Position numbers and translations under genes: made by a program. DNA of 64,000 nucleotides. Source: an uncultured Acidimicrobiia bacterium. GTDB taxonomy: Bacteria > Acidobacteriota > Terriglobia > Versatilivoradales > Versatilivoraceae. The notes under the pieces were generated by a model that did not search any database, had not been told where the DNA came from, and saw only the letters and a program-made list of their open reading frames with translations. Shown piece after piece: positions 44,479-55,476 of this stretch; the first letter of the stretch is position 1; each line of letters opens with the position of its first letter. The stretch spans positions 576,001 to 640,000 of the forward strand of contig CAWBAT010000006.1 of assembly GCA_963786955.1 (NCBI GenBank), given 5' to 3'.

Positions 44479-45929
44479 ATGGAAGCCAAATCTTTGAATT
44501 TCAAGTCGCGAGGTCGCAGCATTCACAACAACCGTGGGATCGCACTGGTCGTGGCGATGTTTGCGCTGATTATCCTGTCACTGATTGGCTTGGCGCTCTT
44601 GAGTGTTTCCTCAATCGAGGTCCTGGTGAACCAAAACTCCAAGAGCTCCCGAGCCGCCTACTTCGCGGCCGACGCAGGCACAGAAGAGGCACGTTTCCGA
44701 CTTATGACGACTGGAGGGAATGCCATCCCACCTCCAGGAAATACTACTTCCGCCATCTATATCCGAGCGAATACATCCATTGATCCCACTTCAGGGAGCG
44801 CCTCATCGAATCCTTATTTCGACCCGGAATACTCCGTGATCTCCAAGAGGGACAGCAACGGGACACAGACCACGGCGGCTTCAGGGCTCAACTCTGCGAC
44901 GTTCTATACGACGATGCAAGGAAGCTCTAACCAGGTTCCGTATGCCTGGGTAAAAATTACGCGAAAAACAGAAACTCTTGCGGGTCAAACCGTCGATAAC
45001 GATAGCACTAACAACACAACAGCAGTTTATTATGGAGGAAGCACAGTCACCGGTGAGACTTCTCAGTATGTCCGTGATGCCACGAATTCCCCCACACACA
45101 ATGGCAACCCCGTCTATTTGGTGACGGCAATGTCACTCGAAAGTGGCGGAGCTCAAAGGAAGATTCAAACTGAAGTCGTTGTTCCACCCCCTGTACCCGT
45201 CACGGCCGCAATCAATTCCTATAATGATGTGGATTTCAGCGGAAATTTGAATATCAGCGGATAATAATGAGTGCGATGGAGGCGCCACTAAAGTTTATGG
45301 TGTAAGCTCGCATGGAGACTATTGACACTCTCAATGGTCCTCAAACGGTGACCGGGCAGGCTCCGCCACCGCCCGCAGACCCTGCTGGACCTTCGCTCTG
45401 CCCGAATTGCCAATTCGGCTATGATGTCCCAACACTTATCAATATGTACAAAAATTCTCCCATTTTTCAAAGCATCGATACCGCAGGTACAAACGTATCT
45501 TGTTCGGGGAGTCCGGTTTCATGCTCAGGGGCAAACATAAGTCTGGGAACTCCGCCCGAATGTTCCGCCTCCGGGAACCCCAACAAATACCCCAGTTCCT
45601 CGATATTATTATTCTCCGGGTGATTTGCACCTCACTGGAATCAACTCACTTGGATATGGCGTATCTGATCGTCGATGGCGATGTCACAATGAATGGTGGT
45701 GTTTACTATGAAGGTATAATCATATGCCAGAGGAACTTTCAATTTCACGGGTGGAGGTGGCAATAACATCAATATCCGGGGTGCGGTAGTTGCTGGACAG
45801 AGTTTTACCGACACAACCAGCGATGTCGGAGGAAGCATAGAGGTTCAGTATAATTCTTGTTCGGTCATAAACGTGTACAATCAGATGCCAATGACCGTGT
45901 TGACGTTTAAAGATCGTGCGCTTTACTAG
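44479..45929 (+). CDS. Long PilX/ComZ-like pilin with C-terminal beta-solenoid-like region, cassette 1 (frameshifted)
   Basis: NRG|IALVVAM (no Glu5), AYFAADAG.EEAR; tail LIVDGDVTMNGGVYYEGIII..INIRGAVV..VQYNSC. Confidence 0.8.
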
Positions 45930-45941
45930 CCAGGGGGACTT

Positions 45942-46513
45942 ATGAGAGTCAATCTTCAACGTCTGTTTGTTCTCCTCATATTTGCTTGTCTCAGTCGACC
46001 TGCCAGTGATATCTCCTTTGGACCAATCGTCAACCGGTTCGGAAGCCCCGAAAAAGCGAGTTTTCAAGAATGAGGACCTGGACAAGTACCAGGAGAAATA
46101 CGGCAGTGAAACCTCACCTGCCTCAAAGCCAGGTTCAGTCATCGCTTCTTCCGTCGATAAGGCCTCTAGCCCTGAACAAGCCAGCAAGGGCAAGCCAAAA
46201 CCGGATCTTACCGTCTGGCGCGCAAAGCTCAAAGAGATCGATGACACGATTGCCAGTAAGAAAACGAATGGAAGGCAAGCTGACCGGCAGTCTTGCAAAG
46301 TACAGCCAGAACCTGGCAGAAGCTGACACCGATTTTCAAAAGAAGACGGCCCAGGAACAATTTGCGGGTGTCCAAAAAAATTTGACCAGGACCCAAGCTG
46401 AACTGAAGAAGGCTGAAGAAGATAAAGCCAAACTGGTGTCAGATGCCAAGAAGGCAGGGATTCCGGAAGAGGACCTACTCAATTCTGAATCTCGCGGCGA
46501 GGCCAAGAAGTGA
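45942..46513 (+). CDS. Secreted coiled-coil hypothetical protein (frameshift near 46265)
   Basis: Signal peptide, KRVFKNEDLDKY, long helical tail ending AKKAGIP. Confidence 0.6.
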
Positions 46514-47068
46514 TTACTTCCAGACTTTTGTTGATTTGTCCCATCGATAGATTTTTAGTCGGCTGGCGATATTGAAACTGATCGCGAAAGCTTCTCCTTG
46601 ATCGTTTTCCAGGTACACAGTTCCAATTCCCCCGTTGATCTTGCCGAGCGCATTATAGTTGATCCTGTCATTGCTAAAGGTAATCGGATCGGTCACGGGA
46701 CTACTGGGGTCTGAGGGAGGGCCGAACAATCCGTCCCCTTTGAATTGGATATGCTGAGGCAGTTGGTAGCTCCCCAAGTTCCTTTCCCCCGTATCTAAGT
46801 TTCCATTGTCATTCTTATCCTCAAAAATGTCATAGGATGCTCTGCCTGGACTGAACTGCACAACCACCGTATTCCTTCCAGAAATGGCAGCATAGCGTGC
46901 AATCTCCAGATTCGAGATCAGCCCTTGCGTCCCCGAATCGAGCTGATAGAATTCCAGATAACGTGTCATTGACGGCACAGCCATAGCAGTGAGAAGCAAG
47001 AGAACTGAGAGAAGCACGATCAGTTCAAGCAATGATAAACCTGCATCAATTGGCTGTGCTTTATACAT
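46514..47068 (-). CDS. Type IV minor pilin, FimT/GspH-like, cassette 2 (divergently transcribed)
   Basis: DAG|LSLLELIV; FEDKNDNGNLDTGE; GTVYL. Confidence 0.85.
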   Translation of the reverse strand: MYKAQPIDAGLSLLELIVLLSVLLLLTAMAVPSMTRYLEFYQLDSGTQGLISNLEIARYAAISGRNTVVVQFSPGRASYDIFEDKNDNGNLDTGERNLGSYQLPQHIQFKGDGLFGPPSDPSSPVTDPITFSNDRINYNALGKINGGIGTVYLENDQGEAFAISFNIASRLKIYRWDKSTKVWK

Positions 47069-47090
47069 CGCTTTTTATTGAAGAATTATC

Positions 47091-47118
47091 TTGACTTGTT
47101 TGCCTTTCAGTCTATCAT
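47091..47118 (+). promoter_or_regulatory. Sigma70-type promoter for pilin cassette 2
   Basis: TTGACT-N16-TATCAT upstream of the ATG near 47173. Confidence 0.5.
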
Positions 47119-47171
47119 ACAGCCATTCAATCTTCATCCATTTATTTTTCGGACCCAAATCGCTAACCCCC

Positions 47172-47717
47172 ATGAGACCGTCTCCAAAAGAGAGCATTGT
47201 CTGTGCGGCTCGCTACGCTGGAAGAGCCATTTACAGCACATATCTTCTCAGACTTCCACGACCCTTGAAGAGAGCCCGAGGTTTCACTCTTTTGGAAATG
47301 TTGATGGCATCGCTCCTCGTGATTGTTGGGTTAATGTCGCTGTTATCATTAGTCCTGTTCGCTTTGAAAATGCGCTACGATTCAAGACTCAGTTCCACAG
47401 CCCTGAAACTCTCTCAACAGATCATCGAAGAACTTAAATCAAGAAGCCCTGACGACCCGGTTTTTTCTCATCCAGGAAATGCCTTGACCAGCGACGGCGC
47501 CATTGATTTTGACGCCAGCCTTGATGCTCTTGCCTCATCCACCACGTCGATCCAACTAAACCAGACGCTCAATACCCAACTCGTCTTTGAGACACGCTGG
47601 AACATCACGTCGTTAGGAGGCAAGAAAATTCTGACAGTCGCTACCCGTAAACGAGACTGGGAGAAGCCTCAATTTTCCCCTGTGAATCTAAAGCTGGTTC
47701 TCACGACCAATTATTAA
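47172..47717 (+). CDS. Type IV minor pilin, PilV-like, cassette 2
   Basis: ARG|FTLLEMLMASL; TRWNIT; paralog of 43329-43823; unusually long leader. Confidence 0.8.
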   Translation: MRPSPKESIVCAARYAGRAIYSTYLLRLPRPLKRARGFTLLEMLMASLLVIVGLMSLLSLVLFALKMRYDSRLSSTALKLSQQIIEELKSRSPDDPVFSHPGNALTSDGAIDFDASLDALASSTTSIQLNQTLNTQLVFETRWNITSLGGKKILTVATRKRDWEKPQFSPVNLKLVLTTNY

Positions 47718-47726
47718 GGAGCTGGA

Positions 47727-48434
47727 ATGTCCCTTCCCTTTCCTCCGGTACATGACGACTTAGTACAAACGGCGCTTCCAGAAATGGATCTTCTTAGACA
47801 TTCCTATCGGTGTTCATTCTCGGGATTTTCTGTGGTCGAGCTCCTGGTGGTGTTAGCAGTTTTTGGGATCGTTTCCGGAATGGTTTTTTCTTCCATGGGC
47901 AGAGGGCAAGAAATCGCGGAAATTGCAAAGCAAGAGGGATTCATGACGGCTAACCTAGAGGATATTTTTGCTCTCTTTAACAGTGAAATTAGAACCATGG
48001 GGTTCCCACCCGAAAGTTATTTTGATTCCGAGTATCTGCAGAATCCGGCCACACCAAAAAATCTTGTGTCCCATGGCCTCATCTCGATGGGGCCACGCTC
48101 CATGGAATTCGAAGGAGACATCAATGGAAATGGGAAAATCGATTATGTCCGCTATTATCTAACGGGGTCCTCTCCGCCCTATGCGCTGTGTCGAATTGCC
48201 GGGGAACTCCATGCAGATGGGAGTTTGCCCGGTGGATCCGCGCAGAAATTATCGGAGCAGGTCGAAAATCTAAAGTTTGCATTCTTTAACAGATCGGGAA
48301 TCCCAGCAGCATCCGTGACGGAAGTCACTTCTATCGAGATTCGGATGACGCTGCGGTCAAGGAACCGGGACCCTATTTCCAAGATCTATCGAACGATCCA
48401 TGAAACAACTCGCATCCATCCTTCAAATCTTTGA
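47727..48434 (+). CDS. Type IV minor pilin, PilW-like, cassette 2
   Basis: FSG|FSVVELLV; EIRTMGFP..YFD; FEGDINGNGKIDYV (compare FEGDINEDGIVDVV in cassette 1). Confidence 0.82.
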   Translation: MSLPFPPVHDDLVQTALPEMDLLRHSYRCSFSGFSVVELLVVLAVFGIVSGMVFSSMGRGQEIAEIAKQEGFMTANLEDIFALFNSEIRTMGFPPESYFDSEYLQNPATPKNLVSHGLISMGPRSMEFEGDINGNGKIDYVRYYLTGSSPPYALCRIAGELHADGSLPGGSAQKLSEQVENLKFAFFNRSGIPAASVTEVTSIEIRMTLRSRNRDPISKIYRTIHETTRIHPSNL

Positions 48435-49757
48435 GCCGCGCCATAAGTGCCTGGAATATGAATTCAGGATGTAAACAAATTCAGGCATCCAGGTCTCGAG
48501 GGATAGCCATACTCGCGGCGCTGCTGGCCTTGGCCATGCTGACCTTAATTGCCTTGAGTATGACCTTTGTCAGCTCCACCGAGGTTTTGATCAATGACAA
48601 CAATAAAAAAAGGCTTCTCCAGCTTTACGCCGCCGAATCTGCGTGCGAAGAAGCACGGCTCAGAATTCGAAATCTAATTGACCTAAACCAGCTCTCCCTC
48701 ACGGATCTCAACCGTACTGTCTATCTGGTATCGAGTTCTTCCATTAACCCCACATACGGCGACGAGGCCACAAACCCCTATTTTGATTCAAATTCTGAAT
48801 CGACCCAAATCGCTTCCATCCTGCTTTCCGAACTGGAGTCCCTCAAGTTCTCCTGGGTTAGGGTTTGGCCAAAGACAGAGCTTCGTGCGGGGTACTCTCT
48901 GGATGACGCTGTGCTGACTGCGGATCCAGTCTATTTTGGGTACAGCAAGACCCAATCCCCCGCCAAGCCGACCCAATACGTAAATTCTGGGAATCACATC
49001 AATAGTCACTACGGTTCACCCGTCTTTCTCAGCACAGCCATAGCTAATGAACCTACTGGATACCGACAAATGGTCACGACCGAAATCGCCAGAATCCCCT
49101 GCCCTCCACTAAAGGCTGCATTCTTCTCCAAAGGCAGTGTCCAGATATTGGGCTCAGCCGTTTCTTTGGATGGAAATGATCCTAGTGCCTTATCGGCCTC
49201 AAGCTTGAACGGGCTGGAATCCGAGAGTGATGTCAGTGGCGACACATCGCAGATTCACGGCTCTCCAATGGCACTTAGAACCTTCTCTCCAAATTCTTAC
49301 GAAATGGCTAGCTTAATCAAAATGTTTCAGCCGCCTGTTTCTCGGGAGGTTGAACAACTCAATCTAAATATTATCCAAAACGATTGGGGGCAACTATGCG
49401 GCGAATGGGGTTATGCTGGGTAGTTTGCCTGCAAACGGAAATCTCTCTCAGGCTGTTTATGTTGGGGGGTCTTTGACCCTCTCAAATTCAAGCGGACAAG
49501 GGATTCTGATTATTGATGGAGACCTCACGATCGAGGGGGAATTCATTTATCAAGGCTTGTTGATCGTTAACGGGAGGGTGAGTTTCAATGGATCTGGATC
49601 TGGTATCCAAATCGCAGGGGCAGTCTTGGTGAGTTCGTTGTCTGGAAATCCGTCCTCGCTCCTCGACGGAACAATCAATCTCGTCTACGATTCCTTCATC
49701 ATCCGAAAGCAGTTTGACAGTCTTCCTTACACGCGGATCGCATTTAGAGACTATTGA
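48431..49757 (+). CDS. Long PilX/ComZ-like pilin, cassette 2 (frameshift near 49385)
   Basis: SRG|IAILAALL; YAAESACEEAR; NPYFD; GSPVFL; GILIIDGDLTIEG..YQGLLIV..GAVL; paralog of 44479-45929. Confidence 0.8.
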
Positions 49758-49800
49758 CGGTCAGAAAATGCCGCAGACCGCTAAAACAACTCTCAACAAG

Positions 49801-50643
49801 TCAAAATAGTGAAAACATTGAGGTATATTTCCCAATCATCTGCGCCCCCAGCAAAGCAGAAAGAATCGCTGCAACACCAAGAAACGAGCCGAAAGGAAGC
49901 TCGTAGTTTGCCTCTTTACCGGCTGCTTTGATGAAGATAAAACCAACCAATGCTCCCATCAGCGAACCCAGCATGATCGTGAGCAAAGCCAATCGCACCC
50001 CCAGGAAGGCGCCCACCATCCCCATCAGCTTGATGTCACCGAATCCCAGCCCTTCGATCTTTCTGAATCGGAAATAAGCTTCGGCAACAAACCATAGGAA
50101 ACCGCCACAGACCAGCGCCCCAATGAGGGAATCCAGAAAAGAATACATCATGAGGGGAACCTCAGAGAAGCCGCATAATCCGAGGAGGAGCTTCGAAGTC
50201 CCATCTTCGACCGGGCTGATCAGACTAAAAACCAGGCCGACAACAATACCCGGCAGGGTAATGATATCGGGTAGAATGCGATGATTGAGGTCTATGAAAA
50301 TTAAAACGATGATCGCCGAAAAAAATAGTAACAAAAGGAAAGTCTTGCTTTGTATGCCAACGATGTGGACTGTCGCCCAAAAGGCAAAAGCCGTTAACCC
50401 CTCGACAGTTGGGTATTGCCAAGAAATCGGCTCTTTGCAGCCACGGCAGCGCCCTCCGAGAAAAAGGAAGCTGAGGATTGGGATGTTATCGTACACCTTG
50501 ATTGGCGAGTGGCACTGAGGGCATTGCGAATTGGGAAATACAACCGATTTTCCCTCGGGGATGCGGGAAATACAGACATTCAAGAAGCTCCCGATGACTA
50601 AACCAAAGAGAATGGTGAAAATTTCTAAAAGAAACATGGGCAT
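49801..50643 (-). CDS. pilD: Type IV prepilin peptidase / N-methyltransferase
   Basis: GSFLNV, CPQC, DNIPILSF..GRCRGC, FIDL, GFGDIKL, LPFGSFL. Confidence 0.95.
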   Translation of the reverse strand: MPMFLLEIFTILFGLVIGSFLNVCISRIPEGKSVVFPNSQCPQCHSPIKVYDNIPILSFLFLGGRCRGCKEPISWQYPTVEGLTAFAFWATVHIVGIQSKTFLLLLFFSAIIVLIFIDLNHRILPDIITLPGIVVGLVFSLISPVEDGTSKLLLGLCGFSEVPLMMYSFLDSLIGALVCGGFLWFVAEAYFRFRKIEGLGFGDIKLMGMVGAFLGVRLALLTIMLGSLMGALVGFIFIKAAGKEANYELPFGSFLGVAAILSALLGAQMIGKYTSMFSLF

Positions 50644-50717
50644 CTCGATAGCCAGATAGAACTCAACTGGGCTGCATGGTGCTAGACCGAGCCACAGTCC
50701 CACGCCCTAAATCGTAT

Positions 50718-51814
50718 TCATGCCCCCAAAACATTAGAATATATTCGAGCAATCTCTTCCGCCATTCTCGTTATTGAAAACTCCGATTGGATCCTTTGAA
50801 CTGCATTTTCCTTACATCGACGAATAGGGTCAAAGTCACTGAGTGCCCGCAGAACGCAATCTGCCAAGGCGACCGGGTCGCCCGGTGAAAAAAGAAACCC
50901 GGTTTTCCCTTCGATGACGATTTCTGGGATGCCCCCCACGCGGCTGGCAAACACGGGGACGCGGTGAGCCATCGCCTGCAGAAGGACCGACCCAAGCCCT
51001 TCGGAAACTGAAGGGAAAACAAACAGGTCCATGGCCGCAAAGGAGTCATGCAGGTCTAGAATCAAACCAGGGAGAAACACTTTCCGAGACAAATCAAGCT
51101 GAGTTATCATCTGCCGGTACTGCTCCTTGAGCGGTCCGTCTCCAATGAGTATCAGTCGGGCTTCTGGGAACTGGGTCTGAATACGAAAAAACCCCTTGAT
51201 GAGATCAGCGTGTCCCTTCTCCTCTGTGAATTGTCCAACACAGCCTAACAAGAGATTTTCCCTCCCCAATCCAAGGCGTTCCCGTGCCTGGTCTCGAACA
51301 GCCTCTGAAATCGCCTCGGGAAGTTCGGTGCTATCGTAAACCACGTTGATTCGCCCGGGCGCGATACCGTAGTTCAGGAGTAGATGACGGATATGCCAAG
51401 ACACCGCAATCATACAGGCGGGAGCTTGTTGATATTTCCACTTCGAAAATGAATTGTTCTTGATCGGAAAGATTACCCTTCGGTGCCCAACAATTGGTTG
51501 AGCTGGCCCCCACTGCTTTTAGGATTGCCGCCAGTCCCAGAGCTTCGAGCATCATGGGCATGAATGAGATCAGGCTTCAGTCGACGTATCAGCAGACTGA
51601 GCCTCAGGAGGGAGATCGGGTCCGCTTCACCACCCAAGGAGAGCGGATAGCAAGTCAAATTCAAGTCTTCTATTTCTTTTTTCAGCCGGCTTGCGGGGGA
51701 CAAAACAAAGTATTGCTCGACACCCGCATGGCGCATCAACCCCGAAGCGAGATAGGCAACCTGCTGCTGCCCCCCACGCCAATCGGTGCCGGAATCCAAA
51801 TGGAGGACTTTCAT
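50718..51814 (-). CDS. GT4 family glycosyltransferase (frameshifted)
   Basis: WRGGQQQV, LIHAH, KGH, EGLGSVLLQAM, GGIPEIV. Confidence 0.85.
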
Positions 51815-52602
51815 CTTTTTGACTTGGGATTCTGCTTCATCTGAGAATTTTTCTTAAGTTCGCGCAGTTTGGCATATTTCATGAAGTTGTAGAAACTAGC
51901 AAGGCAAGCAATCAAGTATCCGTGTCTCCCATCTCGAAATCCTGATTTCACCAAATAAGTTCTTATAAATGTGAGCGGAGGAGAGAACAGCAATTGAAAG
52001 TACCCACCGGGATTCCCTTTCAAGTAAAGTTCTTCCGCAGCCAGGGATGTGTAGCGGTCCAGCCGGATAAGATGCTCTGACAAGGAATTGCACGTGTAGT
52101 GAAGCAAATGCCCCTTCAACTGAGCGACGGTCCCGTTAACCAACAAGGACTCATGGACAAAACTGCCTTGCCAAGCGGCTTTGTTCTTCAAATAAAGACG
52201 TATCTTGTAGTCCGGGTACCAACCCGAGTGTTTGATCCATCGCCCTAGATAAAACGCCATTCTCGAAAATTGATAAGCATCGGCAAGGGCCTCTGCAGAT
52301 TTCAGCCTTGCAATTTCGCCCTTCAGTTCCGGACCCAGAGATTCATCGGCGTCGACACTCAGTATCCAGTCTGAGCTTGCTTGACTGGCCGCAAAATTTT
52401 TTTGTTCTGAGTAATGGGTCCATCCTCGTGTGAAGATCCTGGCGCCGTAATCGGCTGCGATCTCCAAGGTTCGATCCTGGCTGCCGGAATCAACCACAAT
52501 CATTTCGTCTACGACATCCTTAAGCGAATTTAAGCAGCGATCGAGGTTTTCTTCCTCATTCAGAGTAATGATGGTGGCTGATATCTTCACGGGCATCGCC
52601 AA
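51811..52602 (-). CDS. GT2 family glycosyltransferase (WaaE/LgtF-like)
   Basis: IITLNEE, VDSGSQDRT, SVDADE, GWYPD, VHE, GFRDG..G. Confidence 0.88.
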   Translation of the reverse strand: MAMPVKISATIITLNEEENLDRCLNSLKDVVDEMIVVDSGSQDRTLEIAADYGARIFTRGWTHYSEQKNFAASQASSDWILSVDADESLGPELKGEIARLKSAEALADAYQFSRMAFYLGRWIKHSGWYPDYKIRLYLKNKAAWQGSFVHESLLVNGTVAQLKGHLLHYTCNSLSEHLIRLDRYTSLAAEELYLKGNPGGYFQLLFSPPLTFIRTYLVKSGFRDGRHGYLIACLASFYNFMKYAKLRELKKNSQMKQNPKSKR

Positions 52603-52715
52603 AAGCCTTCTCTATGAACGGAGACAGCCTTTAAGCTAACACATTGGAACAAACACTAAAAAAAGTGCCGGTGAGGAGACTGACGCGAGGGCCGATTTTC
52701 CCCAATAGGCACAGC

Positions 52716-54443
52716 CTAAGGATTCGCCGGTTTCGATGAGCTCTGGCGGGAAGGGTTCAAAACATCTTCAATCTTGATGTTTTGAACATCCAGAGTTTTT
52801 CCCACCGCTTTATCCAGGTCCGCTTTGGACTTGGTAAAATCCGTGTGTGCCCTGACCTCATTCGTCAGCGCAATCGCCAGGTTGCGTTGTTCTTCTAAGA
52901 CAAACCGAATCGTTGAGGTTCCCAACTGAAATTTCTTTTGTTCCGCGTCCAGATTTCGTTCTGCCAGTTCACGTGCTTTCTGGGTCGCGTCGATCTGTGC
53001 CCGAAACATCTCCAATGTGGTATAGGCATTGCGAACTTCCAAAGCGATCTGCTGTTCGAGCACTCGCAGTCTTTTCTCAGACTGAGACTTCAATAACATG
53101 GCTTGGGCATAATCTGCCTGACCGCTCCGGTTCTTGATCGGGATTTCAATGTTTACAGCAGCCGTATACGTCGGGAATCGATTGTTAAACAGTTGATTCA
53201 TTGCATCCCAGAAACCGGTATTGGGTCCATAAATGAAGGTCCCGTCAGGCAGGAACAAACGCGATTGACCGGCCAACGCATTGGTGCCGTAGTTCAGGCT
53301 CAAGTTTACGGTCGGCAGCAATTGATTCCGGTAGTAACGGCGGTTGATTTCCTGGTTGTCGATATCCTTTTTAGATTGTTTGATTTCAGGTCTCGCCTCA
53401 ATGGCATAGCTGACGGCTTGAGCCACGTCAAAATCCTTAAAATCGTTCGGCGAGAGTGTTTTGTCGAGAGGATCAATCTTAGAAGAAATCTGCCCAGGAT
53501 CTCGTTGAGAGCTGATGACCTTCTTCATCGTGTTGTCCAATTGCTCAAGTGTGTATTGGGCAACGATCAATTCCTCTTTACGATTCGCGATTTCCGCCTC
53601 CGACTTCACCAGTTCGATCGGAGCCAGGGTCCCAATCTCCACCTGGCGTTTGTTGTCTTCATGGATTTTTGCGGCCAAATCCAGTGATCGCTGTTTCACC
53701 TTGATGTCATCGCGTGCAAAAACAATATCCCAATAGAGTCTTTGGACCTGATTCACTACGGCAATCAACTGTTCCGTAAAGACATAGTCACTGATGTCCT
53801 TGTTATTGCGAGCGAGCAGGATGGGTCGCTTATTGACCACGGTTCCGAAGTTTTTCAAAAGCGGCTGCGAGACAGTGGCCAAAAGCCCCGAATTCAGGGA
53901 CGGAATCACAACGTTATATAAGCTATTACTGGATTGGCGATAGTTCGTGAAGTCAAACTGATAGCGTGTGCCCGTCGGCAGAAGTTGGTAAAAACTGAAA
54001 TTTGCTGTGTCCTGCAATTGATTAAAAGCTACGCGGCCGCTGGTCACCGCGTTATTTTGAGGGTAGATGCTTCGGCCCATTTGAAGGGATCCGATTAGCT
54101 TAGGGTCAAAGATCCCATAGCCATGGAGAATAGCATATTGGGCAATCTGCGGATCCACGAGGTCAACCACAATATCCAGGTTATTCTGCAATACAAGTCG
54201 GACGGCGTCCGACTCGGTGAGACGGAGTTGCCCGTCTTTCACGAGGCTATTCAAGAAATCGTTGACTTCTCTCGGTTGATCGAAAGTCTGGTTTCTTCCC
54301 ACATTCTCTTTGAACCATGCGGGCATGGGAAAGAAGCTTTGGGCAAACAAAGGAAATGAGTATCCAAAATCAACCAGCAGCAATAGGAGGAGAGATCGAA
54401 TTATCATTCTGTTTTTTAAAAGGATAGCGAAGCATCGAATCAT
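52716..54443 (-). CDS. TolC-family outer membrane protein
   Basis: Signal peptide; QPLLKNFG, YWD, EIGTLAP, EQKKFQLGTST heptad-rich OEP repeats. Confidence 0.88.
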   Translation of the reverse strand: MIRCFAILLKNRMIIRSLLLLLLVDFGYSFPLFAQSFFPMPAWFKENVGRNQTFDQPREVNDFLNSLVKDGQLRLTESDAVRLVLQNNLDIVVDLVDPQIAQYAILHGYGIFDPKLIGSLQMGRSIYPQNNAVTSGRVAFNQLQDTANFSFYQLLPTGTRYQFDFTNYRQSSNSLYNVVIPSLNSGLLATVSQPLLKNFGTVVNKRPILLARNNKDISDYVFTEQLIAVVNQVQRLYWDIVFARDDIKVKQRSLDLAAKIHEDNKRQVEIGTLAPIELVKSEAEIANRKEELIVAQYTLEQLDNTMKKVISSQRDPGQISSKIDPLDKTLSPNDFKDFDVAQAVSYAIEARPEIKQSKKDIDNQEINRRYYRNQLLPTVNLSLNYGTNALAGQSRLFLPDGTFIYGPNTGFWDAMNQLFNNRFPTYTAAVNIEIPIKNRSGQADYAQAMLLKSQSEKRLRVLEQQIALEVRNAYTTLEMFRAQIDATQKARELAERNLDAEQKKFQLGTSTIRFVLEEQRNLAIALTNEVRAHTDFTKSKADLDKAVGKTLDVQNIKIEDVLNPSRQSSSKPANP

Positions 54444-54757
54444 TGTGACACTCCCTTTGTTATATTCGGGATCACCCGATATTGCTCTGTCCCACTCACG
54501 TACCTATCCACTATTTAGTTTCGCTTTTTCACTGGAATGCGATATCCATCGTGAAGGGTGATACAAGCAGAACACTAAGTGGGGATCCGAAACTGAATCG
54601 AGGTATTCCGTTGTAAAAAAAATCGAGGCCATCGAATCATTCTCATACTCTGCCAGAGAGCCTTCAAGGGTGTCAAATTGATTTGTATCTCTTTAAAATG
54701 TTACCATTCCAGTTGTTCTCTAAATGATGAGAATCAAAGGCAGTTCTTGAGGTGTGA

Positions 54758-55336
54758 ATGCTGAATCCTTCAGAAACAGAGCGGATATTCATTGGCACAG
54801 GAGCTATCCTGTCAGGGCATTTTCTGCTGACTTCTGGACTTCATAGCGAAAAATATCTTCAATGTGCTCAAGTTCTACAATGGCCGAGACACGCAGAAGC
54901 TTGTGCCCAGGCTCTCGCCGCTCACTTCCTCCCTCACAAGCCCGAATTTGTCATTTCCCCTGCCCTCGGAGGGATTGTGATAGGGCACGAATTGGGCCGG
55001 GCGTTAGGATGTCGAGCTATCTTTGCCGAACGTGAGAATGGGATCCTTCGCCTTCGACGTGGTTTCTCAATCGACCCAGGGGAGAAGGGCGTCGTCATCG
55101 AGGACGTTATTACGACGGGGGGCTCTACACTAGAGACCATTCAGGTGGTTCAAGATTGCGGAGGGGTCGTTCTCGGCGCCTGTGCCATAGTGGATCGAAG
55201 TGGGGGGAGGCCTCAATTCGGCGTTCCCTATTTCAGCCTGTGGAATCTGACTATCCCCACATACGCGCCTGACGACTGCCCCCTGTGTCGCGCCGGCTCA
55301 TCACCGACTAAGCCGGGCAGCCGAACCTCCCGCTGA
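54758..55336 (+). CDS. pyrE: Orotate phosphoribosyltransferase
   Basis: GHFLLTSGLHS.KYLQCA, VIEDVITTGGS PRPP loop, KPGSR. Confidence 0.95.
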   Translation: MLNPSETERIFIGTGAILSGHFLLTSGLHSEKYLQCAQVLQWPRHAEACAQALAAHFLPHKPEFVISPALGGIVIGHELGRALGCRAIFAERENGILRLRRGFSIDPGEKGVVIEDVITTGGSTLETIQVVQDCGGVVLGACAIVDRSGGRPQFGVPYFSLWNLTIPTYAPDDCPLCRAGSSPTKPGSRTSR

Positions 55337-55353
55337 GTACCGCTATTTGTGAT

Positions 55354-55413
55354 TACGGTGACGTAGCTTAAGATAGACGCCGCGTGGGGTCACGCGGCGT
55401 TAACGTCACCGTA
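55354..55413. repeat. Short element: TACGGTGACGT inverted-repeat shell around a REP-like hairpin
   Basis: Perfect 11-bp inverted repeat (55354-55364 / 55403-55413). Inner ACGCCGCGTG-GGGT-CACGCGGCGT is identical over 22 bp to the reverse complement of 4521-4542. Confidence 0.75.
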
Positions 55414-55476
55414 TTTATGAAAAACATTACTAAATAACAGGTTGTCTGCATCACCCTCAGAGATCTTTGCTCCCCA

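Noticed and set aside
42197-49757. Shufflon or invertible pilin switch
   Set aside because: No recombinase in the window and no inverted recombination sites; the duplicated segment is a direct repeat.
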